Below are positions 1 to 21,685 of a stretch of 64,000 bases of DNA, one piece after another. The notes under the pieces were generated by a model. The model was not told the origin of the DNA, made no database searches, and saw only the letters and a program-made list of their open reading frames with translations. The DNA comes from the human T2T-CHM13v2.0 reference genome, Homo sapiens. Location of the stretch: the NCBI GenBank assembly GCA_009914755.4, contig CP086569.2, forward strand, positions 11,552,001 through 11,616,000, written 5' to 3'. A program made the translations under genes and the position numbers. Numbering within the stretch: the first letter of the stretch is position 1; the number at the start of each line of letters is the position of its first letter.

Positions 1-863
<863 letters not shown>

Positions 864-1509
864 CTATCACTTTGTTGATCAGTTCAGAGATGTGTCATGC
901 TGACTGTTTGCTCCGGCAGCTCTGCGGGCACTCGGAAACATGCAGCTAAGGGTGGAACACTGGCATGGTGCCTTCGCTCTCCTTGCCAGTTTCCAAACCG
1001 GCCACACTGCAGACTCCCCAAGTTGCCGCATAAGGGAATCCATCGTCAGGCCATCACGCCGGAGAGGCATCTTCTCTCTGGGGTCTCGGTCTGGTCTCCT
1101 ACTTAGAAATGAACGAGAGCCACACGCCTGCGTGTTTCAGACAGTCCCGGCAACGGCGACACCCACAGGCACTGCCTTCTTCATGGAGAGAGGGCCGGGA
1201 ACACTCAAGAATCCCATGGAGGTTCAGTTCCACACTCCCCTCCACCCACCCAGGCCAGTTTCGCCCTGCTGAAGACGCCTGGGAGATCAGAGAGCGGCTT
1301 CCAGTTCCTGCTGGATTCCTGGAGATGTCCGGAGAGCCAGCCCCCATCACCCCTTCCCCCTCGCCCCCTTCCTCTTCGTCTCTCCGGCCCCACCATCAGC
1401 ATCACCACGCCCTCCCTCCCCACCCCACAACCCCCCGGCCACAGGCCTCGACGCCCTGGGACCCTTCCGGGGTGGGGCTGGCTGTCCCAGGGCTCACCGC
1501 CATTCATGA

Positions 1510-2949
<1,440 letters not shown>

Positions 2950-3654
2950 GATGCGGGGTTGGGACAGGGTCGGATCGGGGCAGGGCGGTGGCCTCTCTTT
3001 CGCAGGGAACACCTGGCTGGCTATGGAGGTGCGTGTCTTCTCCCCGCCCCCTCCACCGGGCTGACCTGCCTGGGATTCCTGCCTTCTAGGTCTAGGCCTG
3101 GTGAGAGGCTCCACACAGCGGAGAACTGCCATTCTTTCCTGGGCATCCTGGGGATCCCAGAGCCGGCCCAGGTACCAGCAGGTGGGCCGCCTACTGCGCA
3201 CCCGCGGGTTTGCGGGCAGCCGCCTGGGCTTTGGGAGCAGCCGGGGCAGAGCTCTCATGCCTTTCCACCACCCCACCCCCGCCTGACCACCCACCCCCAC
3301 CACCACCCACCACCCCCGGAAAATGCGTCCTCCCCTGGGCTGGGTGGAGACCCCCGTCCCATGAAACACCGTGCCCGCACAGCGTCCAGGCCTGACACCC
3401 CTCTGGCCGCTCGCCTCCTCTGCGCCTCCGCGCCACCGTACCCGGCCCGCCTGTGCCCCTGCAGCCTCCCAGCTGCCCCCATGGAGTGCCTGGTGGTGGA
3501 ACGCACACCTCTAGCTCTCTTTGCCGGCCTCCTGGCTAGACCTGCGCTCATTGCGCACCCAGGCTGACGTGCAACGGAGACCGCTGTCCTCTCTGTGCCC
3601 TTGTCCGTCCGTGAAATTCCGGCTGAGTCTCTCCCAACACCTTCCGAAGCTCTT

Positions 3655-3795
3655 TTGTCAAATCCTGGAGAATACTTATATCTCCTGGATGATCGGTTCA
3701 GAAATATGTCACAATGCCCCCTCCCTGCGGAGCCTAGAGAAGATTTGCATCATTTGGGTGATCAGTGCAGTGATATATCACAATATTTTCACTTA
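3655..3795. repeat. Beta-satellite remnant (about two 68-bp monomers) flanking the D4Z4-like unit distally
   Basis: ggatgatcggttcagaaatatgtcacaatgccccctccctgcggagcctagagaagatttgcatcatttgggtgatcagtgcagtgatatatcacaat matches the monomer seen at 1-555. Confidence 0.7.
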
Positions 3796-4384
3796 TTTAT
3801 TTTTTATAAGGTAAATCAAATGTTCCAGAACCACTAATGAGCATCAGTCATTTCCTCTAGTTGAGCTGCAATGCCAATATCAAGGGCCATATACTGTTTA
3901 TCAAGTTTCTATTTATGTTCCAGTTTAATCTTATGAGACCACCGCAGTGTAGATGGTGGACTAGTTGACTGAAATGTGTTACATTGGGCTTGACTGTTTA
4001 TATTTGAAAATATTTGGGAGTTGAATAATTTTAAGGAATTACTGATAACTTGGTGTGAAAGGATAAGGGAATTTTGGTCATGAAAGAAAATGGCCTTAGT
4101 TTTTGAATATGCAGGCTTAAGTATACACAGGCAAATTAGCATGATGCCTATAATTTACTTTTATTTCAAATTGAAATATTACATAAAGAAAACTTGACAA
4201 AATATTAACAATTAATTGGATTTAGGTGGTGGTTATGTGGGTGTCCATTTTTTCTACCTTTCTGTAGGCTCCAATGTTTCATAATTAAAAGGGAAAAAAC
4301 GGGGCCACAAGAGAAGGTACAATTAAACATTAATGGGTCCCTTCTCCCAAGCGGTTAGTGCTGAGAGTGTGGAGTGTGTTCTCC

Positions 4385-7495
<3,111 letters not shown>

Positions 7496-7501
7496 TTATA
7501 A

Positions 7502-7842
<341 letters not shown>

Positions 7843-8147
7843 CTTATTTATTTAAATACTATAAACACTAATATCATACACATGGTTAACTGGTTGTAAT
7901 TTTCAAATTATATTAATAAATTTTTATAAAAACTTTTATAAATAAAACACATAAAATTTCAAATAAATAACAACATCTGCCACACTACCTTAAAACGGCG
8001 ACTATTTCAGTATAATAAACATATATCACAGACACTTAGAGAAAGTTCAATAAATAAAGAATAAAAAGAATAGGTACAACAATTTTCCTCCTAATCAAAA
8101 ACACAATTCCTCATTTTGAAAATTATTTATTATATCTCTTTTATTAA

Positions 8148-8522
<375 letters not shown>

Positions 8523-9928
8523 TATATTTTTATTTTTTTATAAGTGACAATGAGATGTCTTCATTATTTAAATAGTAGTCAAAACACTGGCACAGTTTAA
8601 ATTTTTAGAATTTGAGTACTAGAATTACAATATTTGAAAATGGAGTCTGTACTTTGCTGTAAAACTATAAAGAGAAAATATCACTAAAACAGTAGCTATT
8701 TTATCTTTTCCCAGAGTTATTCTCCCAGAGTGTATTTTCTAAGTTATTTCTCAGACGGTTTTAGAACTTTTGGCAGTTTCGGTGATATATTCTGTAAAAG
8801 CCCTTAGACTTAACAGGAATAACACATAGTTTTGATTGCCTTAAATTTTAATTGCTTCACTTGGCAAATTTATGTGCAAATTTCATATTCTGTGGTATTT
8901 TAATATCTTGCTTGTGGAGAAGAGGAAATAGATGAATGAAAGTAATATTCAGTCCTTGCATTGAGCTTTTGCCAAAGAAGTCTAAACAATTTCTAAAATG
9001 TCATTCAATAAGACCATTTTAGAAGTGTTTATATGACTCTTATAACTTTAAAATAAAGAGTCTTGAAGTAAATTAAAACTCACTTTGCTTGTGATGGGTT
9101 CTACATTAACATGGCAGATTTAATCAGCCAGAATTAAAAGGTAATTCTACATTACTAAGGAGAAGAAACTGCCACATGACAGTAGTCTCCAAATCTTTCA
9201 TTTTTGGAGGCCGCCTTTTATGCCTAGATTTTAAAATACTAATTGAAAAAAATATAGTTTACTTCCATTTGTGATTTAATTTTATTTCTATAAATAAAAA
9301 TATAGATAGTGTTTCATCTAAAAACTGCTAAATCAGACTTTCATTTTAAGGGCATGGCAGAAATAAGGAAAGACTAACTTGGTTCTATTAATTAACATAT
9401 TATTTATTCAGGCAGTCACCAAAACCAGAATTTAAAATCTATTCAGTTAACCCATTTAAAGTTGATGTGTTTTACTCCTTTTATTTTTCTTTTTGTAGTG
9501 ATCTTTCTAACTGAATTACTGGACATCATGGGGAGTTCTACTCCTCCTATTTGGAAACTTAGGCTATCTTACCAAGTTCAATATTCAAAGTTTTTCTTTC
9601 TGCCATTAAGTTTGTTTAATTTTATAGTAAGCTCAGTTTGTATTATGATATCAAATTCAGCCTGACGGATTACTTTAAACTTTCCTAGGGTATTTACAGA
9701 TTTAATTTGTTCTTACACTATGTAAATTCCAAGAGAGCATTCTTTTTAATATTATTTTTATTAAATTAACTTTGTAGTAAAAAGTCCAAGAAAAGCCCTG
9801 TACAGAAATCACATGTTTACTAAATCCTGGATTTTCTGTACAGTCCCTACATACTTCTACTTTAAAATTCTTCTGTCATGTGAAATAATTCATTAAAAGA
9901 AGCAGGCAGATGATGACAGGTAAACTTT

Positions 9929-10144
9929 TTAATGATGTTCTAATGTTGACAATTGCAGTTTTATTTTGCTTGGATCATAATGGCGTGTAAGCATTTTAGG
10001 CCCCAGAATGCCCATAAGTAGAGCTCCATTTGGAGCTGTGATCATGATGGCTAAAAATGCTACTGTCATCACATCCTTCGCATATGTTTCCAAGTGGGGT
10101 GTGGAGACTCTTGCTGTTTCTAGAGCCAGAGGACCTAACACAGC
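9929..10144 (-). pseudogene. SLC9B1P: SLC9B1-like terminal coding exon: AVLGPLALETARVSTPHLETYAKDVMTVAFLAIMITAPNGALLMGILGPKMLTRHYDPSKIKLQLSTLEHH*
   Basis: Acceptor ttacccctaaatgtag|gctgtg. TAA stop at 9929-9931 (minus strand). Matches NHA2 ...AAIGSVALDTARSHGEKQLEDYGMDVLTVAFLSILITAPIGSLLIGLLGPRLL. Confidence 0.8.
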
Positions 10145-10594
10145 CTACATTTAGGGGTAAAAATGGGGCATAAAGAAAAATATTAAACTGAGTTAATATA
10201 TAATGTAAATGGCTCTGTTAAAATAAACAAAATCTAGTACTAGACTATTAGAAAAAAAAGGACTCAGTAATTTTCATAAGTTACTCATCAGTTCCATGTT
10301 CTTCCTAGGAAATATATGTGGAGGAAGAGTACAATAGTGACAAATCAGCATGCAAACATTTTTGGGCTGATTTTGCACTCTTGTCCTCTCAGTGTTCCTC
10401 TATTGAAATATCTCTTTTGAGTGTTGCCCTCATAACACCAGGAGTTCTAATGAAGCCGGTTTTGCTTAGTTGCCTTTATTGTGTACCAGTGGTTTTTGAC
10501 TACAAGAAGACAAAATAAAATATTAAGTTTTCTTATGGTTCTCTAGGATTTGTTGCCCTTCTTTTCATTGTTCTCCTTATTCAGGGGGCACTGG

Positions 10595-10870
10595 GTTATA
10601 GCAGAACTGACAGCAGGCTTGGAATCTAGCAAACTGGGTTTGAATTCTATTTTTGCTGCAACCAGGCTAGTGACCTTGTACAAATGACTCACACTCTTAC
10701 TTGTACATGTACTTACTTACATGTAAAACGAAGAACAAAATATTTATCTTACTGGACGGTTGTGAAAATTAAATATGAGAATGTGAAGAATACCTGGCAC
10801 AGAGTAGGTATTCAGATAGTAGTAAGTTTCTTTCTCCTTCACTCCTCATCCCCTGCCAGGTCAGAGAATG
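10595..10870 (+). mobile_element. MIR SINE
   Basis: ggaatctagcaaactgggtttgaattctatttttgctgcaaccaggctagtgaccttgtacaaatgactcac...cctggcacagagtaggtattcagatagtagtaag resembles the MIR consensus core. Confidence 0.65.
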
Positions 10871-12179
10871 AGTTCCTTTGAAGTTTTTGTTTTAGAATGA
10901 CTCTACTGGGTCACAAGTTTTTTTCCCTAGTTACCTTCTACCATATTATTTTTAATAACATAAAGCAAATTTCTTGCTAACTCTCTTTCCTTGTGTTTAA
11001 TAACTAGGGATGAAATTGCCTTAAAATTTGGGGGAATTAAATACCAATATATAACATATTTTCTATGGAGTTGCAAAGTAACAACATAATGGTAGAAACA
11101 TTACCTCTGATATGGAACATTATGGCAAAAGAACCCCTCAATTTAAGATCAATTTATATATCCTAAATCAATAATTTAAAATGGTATTATTTTTATATCA
11201 TAACTTTAAATGTACTGAACATGATCCAGTGTGCTGGAGGATGCTAGGGAGAAAGAAATAATCATGCAGAAAACCACCTTGAAAGAATCTTACAGTTTAG
11301 AAGAGGATTTGAACATAAAAGAACTGCCAACAGAAAAAAACAAAAACAAAAACCAAACCCATTGACTTTTAAGAGATGATGACGATAATGGTGAAACTAG
11401 AAATAATATTTTTATAGTTATATGGCATTCATCATATGTCAGGTATCATTCTTAAAGCTTTCCATTTATCAATTCATTTAATTCTTATGACAACCTTATT
11501 ATGTGAGGACTTTTATTAGATGATAAATGATTTCCTCCTAGTGACTGAGATTTAATATTATTTCTTCAAAAAAATCCAATTACCAAGCTGATCTTACATT
11601 TGTAAACTAAATTATTTATTTAATCTCCTAATAGCTTCTATTTTTCCAGTCCAATTTTTATCAGTAACTCAAAACTGAGGAACAAGAGAAAGCTGAATCT
11701 TAGCCAATTTTATTTTAGCAGCAGAGAATGGCAGAAGAGGATAAAGGTGAAAATAATTTAAAATTGAAATTTAAATATTTGTTGATTGTATTTACTCATG
11801 ACATTATTGTTATCTATTATTGCTGTTGTGACTCTACTTGTATAAATAATTAATTTTTTATGTCTTGCCAGTTTCTGGGACCAGCTTGATATTCTTTGTG
11901 TAGAAGCTAGCCTGGAGCCAGCAGACAGGAATAGGCAGAAGCAGAATAATACTGCAGGACTCAAGTGAGTGGTCTCTTTCCTCATACCTGCTTTTCTTTT
12001 TTCCCTGCTTTATGAAAATTATGAAATAATGAAACAAAATTGCAAGAGTATTGTTGGAAGGAGAGAGAACAGATACTCCTTTTGTAGATTTATTATTCCC
12101 TACAGTAGACATTAAAAATAAAAGTTATTTATATTACTTGGAGGTAAGATAAAATAACAACATTGTTTGCTAACTGAGC

Positions 12180-12400
12180 ACCACCATATGCCAGAGAGAG
12201 TGCTAAGCACTTTACGTAGATTATCTCATTGAGTCCTGACAACACTGCTAAGAAACAGATACAGTCATAGACTTCATTGTAAGATGAGAACACTGAAGAA
12301 CTGATAAACTAGAAAATAATTTTCCTGAGGTTATAGGCAAGTAACATGGTATTTGAAACAGGTAGTCTGGCTCTATGAACCTGCTTTTCTAACATGATAA
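12180..12400 (+). mobile_element. MIR SINE
   Basis: tgccagagagagtgctaagcactttacgtagattatctcattgagtcctgacaacac...ggtagtctggctctatgaacctgc is MIR-like. Confidence 0.6.
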
Positions 12401-12865
12401 TAGAGGTTTTTTTGCATGAAAATTTAGGAGCTTCTGTTTTAGAATAACAACTAAGAAAACAGCCACAGGAAATTAAGGTATATTATGTTGCCAAGTTAAA
12501 CAGTCTAACAAGAAGTAGCCATATATTTTAGTAGGAGGAGAATATCCTTGAATAACAGGGCAAAATTACAAGGTTTCCCTTTCCGTTCATTCATACTTGT
12601 AGGCATGCAATACGTATTTGCCTCCTGCATGTCAGGCACTGTGTTAAGTGCCAGGGAGAAATAATGAAAAACAACTGCAACTACCAGACACTGTCCCTGT
12701 CCTTAAGTAGTCTATCAAGGGGGCGGGGGCAGGGGTTTAGCCATTAACCAAATAGTATACAAATAAATGTGTAATTAAAAATATATGTGCATTTGTGTGA
12801 TGGAGTGAGTGGCAAGGTAGGAAAAGTATTTTTTAAAAAATCAATGTGTCTCCATTTTACTTTAC

Positions 12866-13160
12866 TTTTTTTTTTGCGACAGGATCTCACTTTGTCACCC
12901 AAGCTGGAGTGAAGTGGCATGACCTCAGCTCACTGCAGCCTCAACCTCCTGAGTTCAAGCAATCCTCCTGCCTCAGCCCCCAAGTAGCTGTGACTACAGG
13001 TGCGTGCCACCACACCTGACTAATTTTTTTGTATTTTTTGTAGAGACGGGGGTTTTACCATGTTGCCCAGGCTGGTCTTGAACTCCTGAGCTCAAGTGAT
13101 CTGCCTGCCTCAGCCTCCAGAAGTGCTAGGATTACAGGCATGAGCCACCATGCCTGGTCT
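12866..13160 (-). mobile_element. Alu SINE
   Basis: poly-T + gcgacaggatctcactttgtcacccaagctggagtgaagtggcatgacctcagctcactgcagcc...gcatgagccaccatgcctggtc. Confidence 0.9.
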
Positions 13161-13364
13161 GTGTCTCTACTTTTTAAAATCATAACATTCAGCTTTGTTA
13201 TATTCAGCAACATATAAAAACTCTAATTTTCAGATATATTCTTATTATGTATTTTAGGAAAATAAAAAACATATTTTCATAAACTTAGGAAGTACTTATT
13301 GAAACAATACCTTTTGATTTCAAATAGGGGTTGCTTTTAAAACTGAGATTTCAAATGTTATGTT

Positions 13365-14163
<799 letters not shown>

Positions 14164-14317
14164 TGGTTACGTTAATTTTAATGAATAGTTATGATCAATC
14201 AAACATTTAAAAATAAGGATAATAGCTCATATTTTGTGATTGGAGTAACATTTTTCATTTTAAATTTTAAAAGCATCAAAATGAAAGCATTAAGCAATAG
14301 GCTTAATATGTTCTTAC

Positions 14318-14454
14318 CTGTACTGTAGCTTTGGGCATCCATGCTAAAGCAATAAATATTTTCTCCTTAAAACTAAAACCAGCAAAGCACATCAATAGAT
14401 ATATGTTTAAAATTCGAACACATAATGCCAAACTCAGAGTGGAAACAGATATGC
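14318..14454 (-). pseudogene. SLC9B1P: SLC9B1-like exon B: (G)ISVSTLSLALCVRILNIYLLMCFAGFSFKEKIFIALAWMPKATVQ
   Basis: Acceptor ttttcatctgttgtag|gcatatc, donor acagtacag|gtaagaac. Matches NHA2 ...VLIRILTTFLMVCFAGFNLKEKIFISFAWLPKATVQ. Confidence 0.8.
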
Positions 14455-14721
14455 CTACAACAGATGAAAACAAACATAAATAACAAAATATTTGTGAAGA
14501 AATGTTCTTTATGCCCAGGAATATGATTTCTAAGACTTTTGAAAGCATTTTAAGGCTTTTTTCTCTTCATGTGTTTAATTTTTACATAAAACAATGATAA
14601 TAAAAAATGAATATGATGGAGGATTCTCTGTAAAGTGCAAGACAGTATCTGATGGTGGAGGTACCATGAAAAATAAGGCAGATGACATTTATACAATTCT
14701 GAACTAATAGACTTTTTTTGA

Positions 14722-15037
<316 letters not shown>

Positions 15038-15341
15038 AATAGTTTTCAATGAAAGTATTCAAAAAGTGCTGATCGTATCAAATATGCTCCCTCAGAAAAG
15101 AAATCTTATATTTATTTCCTTAGATAACTCAGGGAAGATATTCAAGGCTGTCCTTGGTTTAAAAAAAAAGAGCACACAGTGTAAAGGAAGAGCAATATGA
15201 AAATATGACACTGTATCAACATGTGTTTCTGAAGAAGGTCCTTGTAGCCATTCAAAGATATATTGTAAATAAAAATAAATGTATTTATAACTTTTTAAAT
15301 ATTTTTGAATTTCATATTTTTTGTGCTCTAATTATTCTTAC

Positions 15342-15450
15342 CAACAATATTTGATTCAAGCAATGAAACAGATACTTCTGCTCCAACTAAACCAAAAAGA
15401 AGTGGTTGAAAAATATCCCATACATTTGTAATAATCTTTTGGACTTTCAT
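15342..15450 (-). pseudogene. SLC9B1P: SLC9B1-like exon I: MKVQKIITNVWDIFQPLLFGLVGAEVSVSLLESNIV
   Basis: Acceptor tttttctcttttctatag|atgaaag, donor attgttg|gtaagaat. Confidence 0.75.
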
Positions 15451-15544
15451 CTATAGAAAAGAGAAAAACATTTTTAATTATTTTGGCACATAAATATATT
15501 TCAGAAAGTTAAAGTCTCCCTCACCTTTTTTTTTTCACTTTTTA

Positions 15545-15828
15545 AGTATTTTAGAGATGGGGTCTTGCTCTGTTGCCCAGGCTGGAGTGTAGTGTCATAA
15601 TCATAGCTCACTGTAGCCTTGAACTCCTGGGCTCAAATGATCCTCTCACAGTCTCCGAAGTAGAACTACAGGTGTGTACCACCATGCTGGGCTAATTTTT
15701 AAATTGTTTATCTAGATGGGGCCTCGCTATATTGCCCAGGATGGTCTAGAACTCCTATCTTCAAGTGGTCTCTGGCTGTGGCCTCCCAAAGCACTGGCAT
15801 TATGGACATGAGCCACCATGCCTGGCCT
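15545..15828 (-). mobile_element. Alu SINE (older, AluJ-like)
   Basis: gagatggggtcttgctctgttgcccaggctggagtgtagtgtcataatcatagctcactgtagcc...cattatggacatgagccaccatgcctggcc. Confidence 0.85.
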
Positions 15829-17099
15829 AAAGTCACTTAACATTTAATAAATTTAAGACACTTTATTTTAATAAAAATGTTAAACTTAATTAATAAAAAC
15901 TGAGCACTTCAATAGTTTTACTCAAACACTTAGGTAGAATTTGAATAAAAGAAATGCACAAAGCAATAAAATAATACTATTTGGCCATTTTGTCACAGAA
16001 TAAGTGATGTCCTTAGGGTTCTAGCCATGTTTCGTATGAGTTCCAGATTTTGTCTCTAAGTTAACTGAACAAAGATAGAACTACGTCATGCCTGATGAGA
16101 ACATACCCAGTTCATGCAAACATTTGGGTTCTCAGAAGGGGATTGGGAAGCCTTCCACTAACAACCATCCTGGAACTCAATCCTATTAAAGTGAATCCTG
16201 ATATATATAGCATATGCTACTAAGAAAAACAATTTGGAAGTCTGCTAGGCCTGCTTCCAAAGAACCCATGTTGAGTACTTTAGAGTTACTTTTTCCTTAA
16301 AACAAAACCAAAACATATATTAGATTCTCATTTAGCTGCCTACCCAGCTTCCCTTTCTGGAAAAGAATGTCTCCCAGTGCCACTTTCCCAATTAAAAGGT
16401 TACAGGAAAGGCCCCTATTGGCCTACATTACTCTGGCTCTTCTCCAGGAATTTGGATGAAGAGATTTCAGTCTCAGTCTGGGTTTAATTTTTTTTAAAAC
16501 AGAAGATACATAAGAACTTTGATGCCTCTTCCTTGAGGCATAAACTATCTTCATAACTATTTCCCTTATGACTGTGTTTTCTGATCCCCACTTATTATAG
16601 TTTAAAAAAAGAAAAACAAAGAAAAACGATGTTACTACTCTTTACAGCATAATTATCCTATTTGTTACTTTTAATCTTTAAAACTTGTTTTAGTTCTGTT
16701 TCTTTTACCATTTAAAAAAATTCTAGCAGTTTTAATTTTATTTATTGATTTGCATTTCATTCATTTCATTTCTTTTATAATTATGATTATATAAGAATAC
16801 TAAGAAAAATGCCACTATGATTTTTGATTAGGGAACTTCTCAAGCTGATTCTAAAATTTATCTAAGAAAGAATGTATGTAGGAACAGCCAAAAAATACTT
16901 TAAAAAGAAGTATAATCTATATTAGATTTTGACACATAAAACTGCAGTGATGTAAAACAGTAGTGTTGGCACAGAAATAGAGAAGTAGGATTAAATAGAC
17001 TTCAGAATTAATATATATGGGAGAATTTAGTTCATGTTAAAAAACTGAATTATTAATGAATTGGTCAATAAATAAACAATTTGGCAAAAAATGACTGTC

Positions 17100-17400
17100 T
17101 AGTTTATGTGCATATATCTGTATGTACATATTCATCACATGCAAATATATATGTGTGTCTGAATATGTATATATATTTATGTGTGTGTATATATATATAT
17201 ATACACACACATCAGGCATGATGTAGTTCTATCTCTGTTCAGTTAACTTACAAAATGTATGTGTGTGTGTGTGTATATATATATAGTTTGTAATATACAC
17301 ATATGTATATATGTATAACTTTACCTCACAAAATGTATGTGTGTGTGTATGTATATATATATAGTTTGTAAGATACACATATGTATATATGTATAACCTT
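17100..17400. repeat. (TG)n/(TA)n-rich low-complexity block containing an approximately 88-bp tandem duplication (about 17225-17312 and 17313-17400)
   Basis: acaaaatgtatgtgtgtgtgtgtgtatatatatatagtttgtaatatacacatatgtatatatgtataactttacctcac is repeated almost exactly as caaaatgtatgtgtgtgtatgtatatatatatagtttgtaagatacacatatgtatatatgtataaccttacctcac. Confidence 0.8.
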
Positions 17401-18032
17401 ACCTCACAGCATTCACAAAGATAAATTCCAGATAGATTAAAAGACTAAATGAAAAAACAAATTAAACAAACCAAAACTACCAAAATATTAAATGATAATA
17501 CACAAAATAGTATATATTTGTAATGTTTATATGTTATAATCTTCAGTGAGAAAGTCCTTCTTAAATGAAATGCAGAATCCAAAACAAAAAAAGGAAAACC
17601 CAATAGGTTTGGTCATAGGAAATTTTACTTTCATACATCAGAAACCATAAACAAAGTTGAAGATAAGCAAAAATTATATGCAATATATACATAACAAAGG
17701 ATCAGTAGCACTAACACTAAGAGAAACTATAAATTAGAAACAAAAAAATAAATAACCCAATAAAAACGGTCAAAGAAGATCATTTAAAAAGAATATATGA
17801 AGAGAAGCTTACTATACTACTAATCAGAGAAATGTAAATAAAGAATAACAACATCACATAATTGTAAGAAACTATAAGAATTGGATGGTGAGGTCATTTA
17901 ATAGTAAAAAGAATAGAACTAGTGACAATACCAAGTGCTGTTGATGAGTTAAAGTATTAGATATTTTTGTGCACTGTTGACAGAGTGTAAATAACCAAAA
18001 TTTTTGAAGGGATAATTTAGCAGTGTCCATCA

Positions 18033-18395
<363 letters not shown>

Positions 18396-18624
18396 CATGA
18401 GCAACACTGTTTATGACAGCACTGTTTATAAATAACAAAAAGTGGAAACGATCTAAATGTCTATAAATAGAATACTGGTTACTTAAAAAATGTAAGGGGG
18501 TTAGATATTTGACAGTGGTGGAGAATAAAGAAATCTTTTACATTTTATTCTATATGCTTTATTCTTTTACAAGCATTTCTATTTTTATTATTTATTTGTT
18601 TATTATTATTTTTTGTGTGTGTGA

Positions 18625-18942
<318 letters not shown>

Positions 18943-19234
18943 TAATTAAAATTTCAATGAATAAAATAATTAGATTGATATAAGTAATATAATAATATTA
19001 TATAAAACTTGGGAAAAAGAGAAGCCTGATGTGATTAATTCAACTTCTGATTCCATATTAGTATTCTTCCAGCTGCTTTTCCTAAATATTTTATTTCCTC
19101 GATTGATTCATACACTTTCTTGAGGGTAGCAAACCTTTGGAATATTTTACAACCAGAATGAGGGGATTTCCTAAATATATGCAAAAAATTCAGTTGTCTT
19201 AGCTTTTAAAATATAGCATATTAAAAATATTCAC

Positions 19235-19384
19235 CTTTTCTTGGGACCATTTTGTCCATTCAATGAAATGCAACACTAGTGTGCATAATCCTCCAGATCC
19301 ATGTAAACCAATAGGTTGGCTGCCTAAGACAGCAGAAACAAACGTAATCAAAACAAGGAATCCTCTCTTCAATGTAATTTTTTT
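19235..19384 (-). pseudogene. SLC9B1P: SLC9B1-like exon H: KKITLKRGFLVLITFVSAVLGSQPIGLHGSGGLCTLVLHFIEWTKWSQEK
   Basis: Acceptor taattctag|aaaaaaatt, donor gaaaag|gtgaat. 150 bp, phase 0 at both ends. Confidence 0.7.
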
Positions 19385-20226
19385 CTAGAATTAGATAGAT
19401 ATTTAGAAATTAGTTTATATTAAATATATAATACAAGATTTGACATTATCTACTACATATGTTTGACCCTTTGACATTATGTCTTTAAATGTTATACTAA
19501 ATCTCTAAAATTTTGATTTTCTTTCTCACCATACATTTTAGCAGACTTACTACCAAGTAACAAAATTTCCAATTAATAACGTTTTACCTTCTGCCACATC
19601 TCTGATACTAGTATCAGTAAAATGGTTAAAGTATTACTTTAAGTGAAGAAGAAAAGAGACCCATAAAATCTCCAGTTTCATATAACATATCCAATGAATT
19701 CTTAAAAAATATTTGAATATCTCTTTGGTCAGTATGTTGCAACTAAATTTGGATGGAAATTACAGAAATATGAAAGTAATGACATGTTTTCCTTTAAGGC
19801 AGGAAATGGCTAAGTTTGAGAGCTGCCTTTGTCAAAGGATAGCTGGAGTGAATTTCAGTCAGAAAATATGCATAAATAAATGGGAACCTATCTCCCCCTA
19901 AAATGTTTAACGGAAAATTTGGGGGAAATTATCAAACATCAATAGGCAATTTAGTAGAGAAAGGGAAAGTATAATTCAGAGAGATACTCTGCATTAAGTA
20001 TATTTTTTGACATTCCTTATTTGCCAAATCAGGAAGCAGAGACTTTAATCAAAGCCATTGTCCTGTATCAATCACTGCTGTGCTCAGTTTTAAATACAGA
20101 GTAGGCATTGGAGGCTAGTTTTAGAAAAATAGAGTTAAGTATTAAATTTCATGGATCTTACCAAAGTTTAATATTTTGGAAAAAATGTCTAATACTATAC
20201 TTCTATAAAATAGATTTTGTATTTAC

Positions 20227-20333
20227 CTGGTCTTCACTTGGAAAATATCGAACAAAAAATCCCAAAACAATTCCGGCCAGCAGACTAATACATACGTTCC
20301 TTAGAGAGGCTATGGCGTTATTAATCATACCAC
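20227..20333 (-). pseudogene. SLC9B1P: SLC9B1-like exon C: GMINNAIASLRNVCISLLAGIVLGFFVRYFPSEDQ
   Basis: Acceptor gtgcccctacag|gtggtatg, donor gaccag|gtaaat. Confidence 0.75.
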
Positions 20334-20644
20334 CTGTAGGGGCACACAATAAAAAAATTCACAAAGAAATATTTTCACATACACTACACATCAGAAAAGC
20401 AAATCTAGGTGGTTCATGAAGAAAAGTAAGCATTTTATAGAACAAATATATGCAAATGGTCTTTTTATAGTGACATGTATGAAAACACGTAGATCTATTT
20501 AGTACATTAAATATATATGCTCAAATAATTTAATATATACACACAACTCAGAAATGTCCATTATATAAATAGGCCAGAAAACAAAGACTTAACAAGCACA
20601 AGATGCTCCCCTTATATAGCCAATTTAAAAGACAGAGTGAGGTA

Positions 20645-21062
<418 letters not shown>

Positions 21063-21387
21063 TTAACATGAAAAGAACAATGTAATAACCACATAAAAAA
21101 TTTTGTTCCAGGGTCAGTCCTAGAAACATTCAAGGGTCATTTAAGATTTCAGTACATTTAAGTTTCTGCTTTTGGTGAAGAAAAAAGGAAAAAAATATAC
21201 AAAAGATTCAAGTATATTTTATATTAATTAATATTAATATATCCATACTTGTAGTTCATTGTAATAAGTAAAAAACAAAAAATAAAAAAACAGAATGAGT
21301 CACAAAAATAGTTCAGTTAAGCTCTGGGTAGTGGATTCAATATAGTACGTAAGTATATTTTTAGATATATTTTCTATTAAATATAAC

Positions 21388-21685
21388 AGGCAGCACATGG
21401 TGGGCTCACACCTTTAATCCTAGCACTTTGGGAGGCCAAGGCAGAAGGATTGCTTGAGCCCAAGAGTTGAGACCAACTTGGACAACAGAGTGAAACCCCA
21501 TCTTCACAAGAAAATAAGAAATTAGCCCGGTATGTGGTGTGTGCCTATTGTCCAAGTACTCAGTAGCCTGAGGGAGGAGGTCCCTTGAGCTCAGGAGTTC
21601 GAGGCTGCCCTCTAGCCTGGCTGACAGAGCAAGATCCTGTCTCAAGAAAATAAAATATAATAAAAATAAAAAATAATATAAACAG
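21388..21685 (+). mobile_element. Alu SINE (AluJ-like)
   Basis: ggcagcacatggtgggctcacacctttaatcctagcactttgggaggccaaggcagaaggattgcttgagcc...A-rich tail. Confidence 0.85.

Noticed and set aside
20108-20419. Plus-strand ORF 20108..20419 (103 aa) overlapping SLC9B1-like exon C
   Set aside because: It is antisense to a real coding exon, its translation has no recognisable similarity, and it is most likely coincidental.
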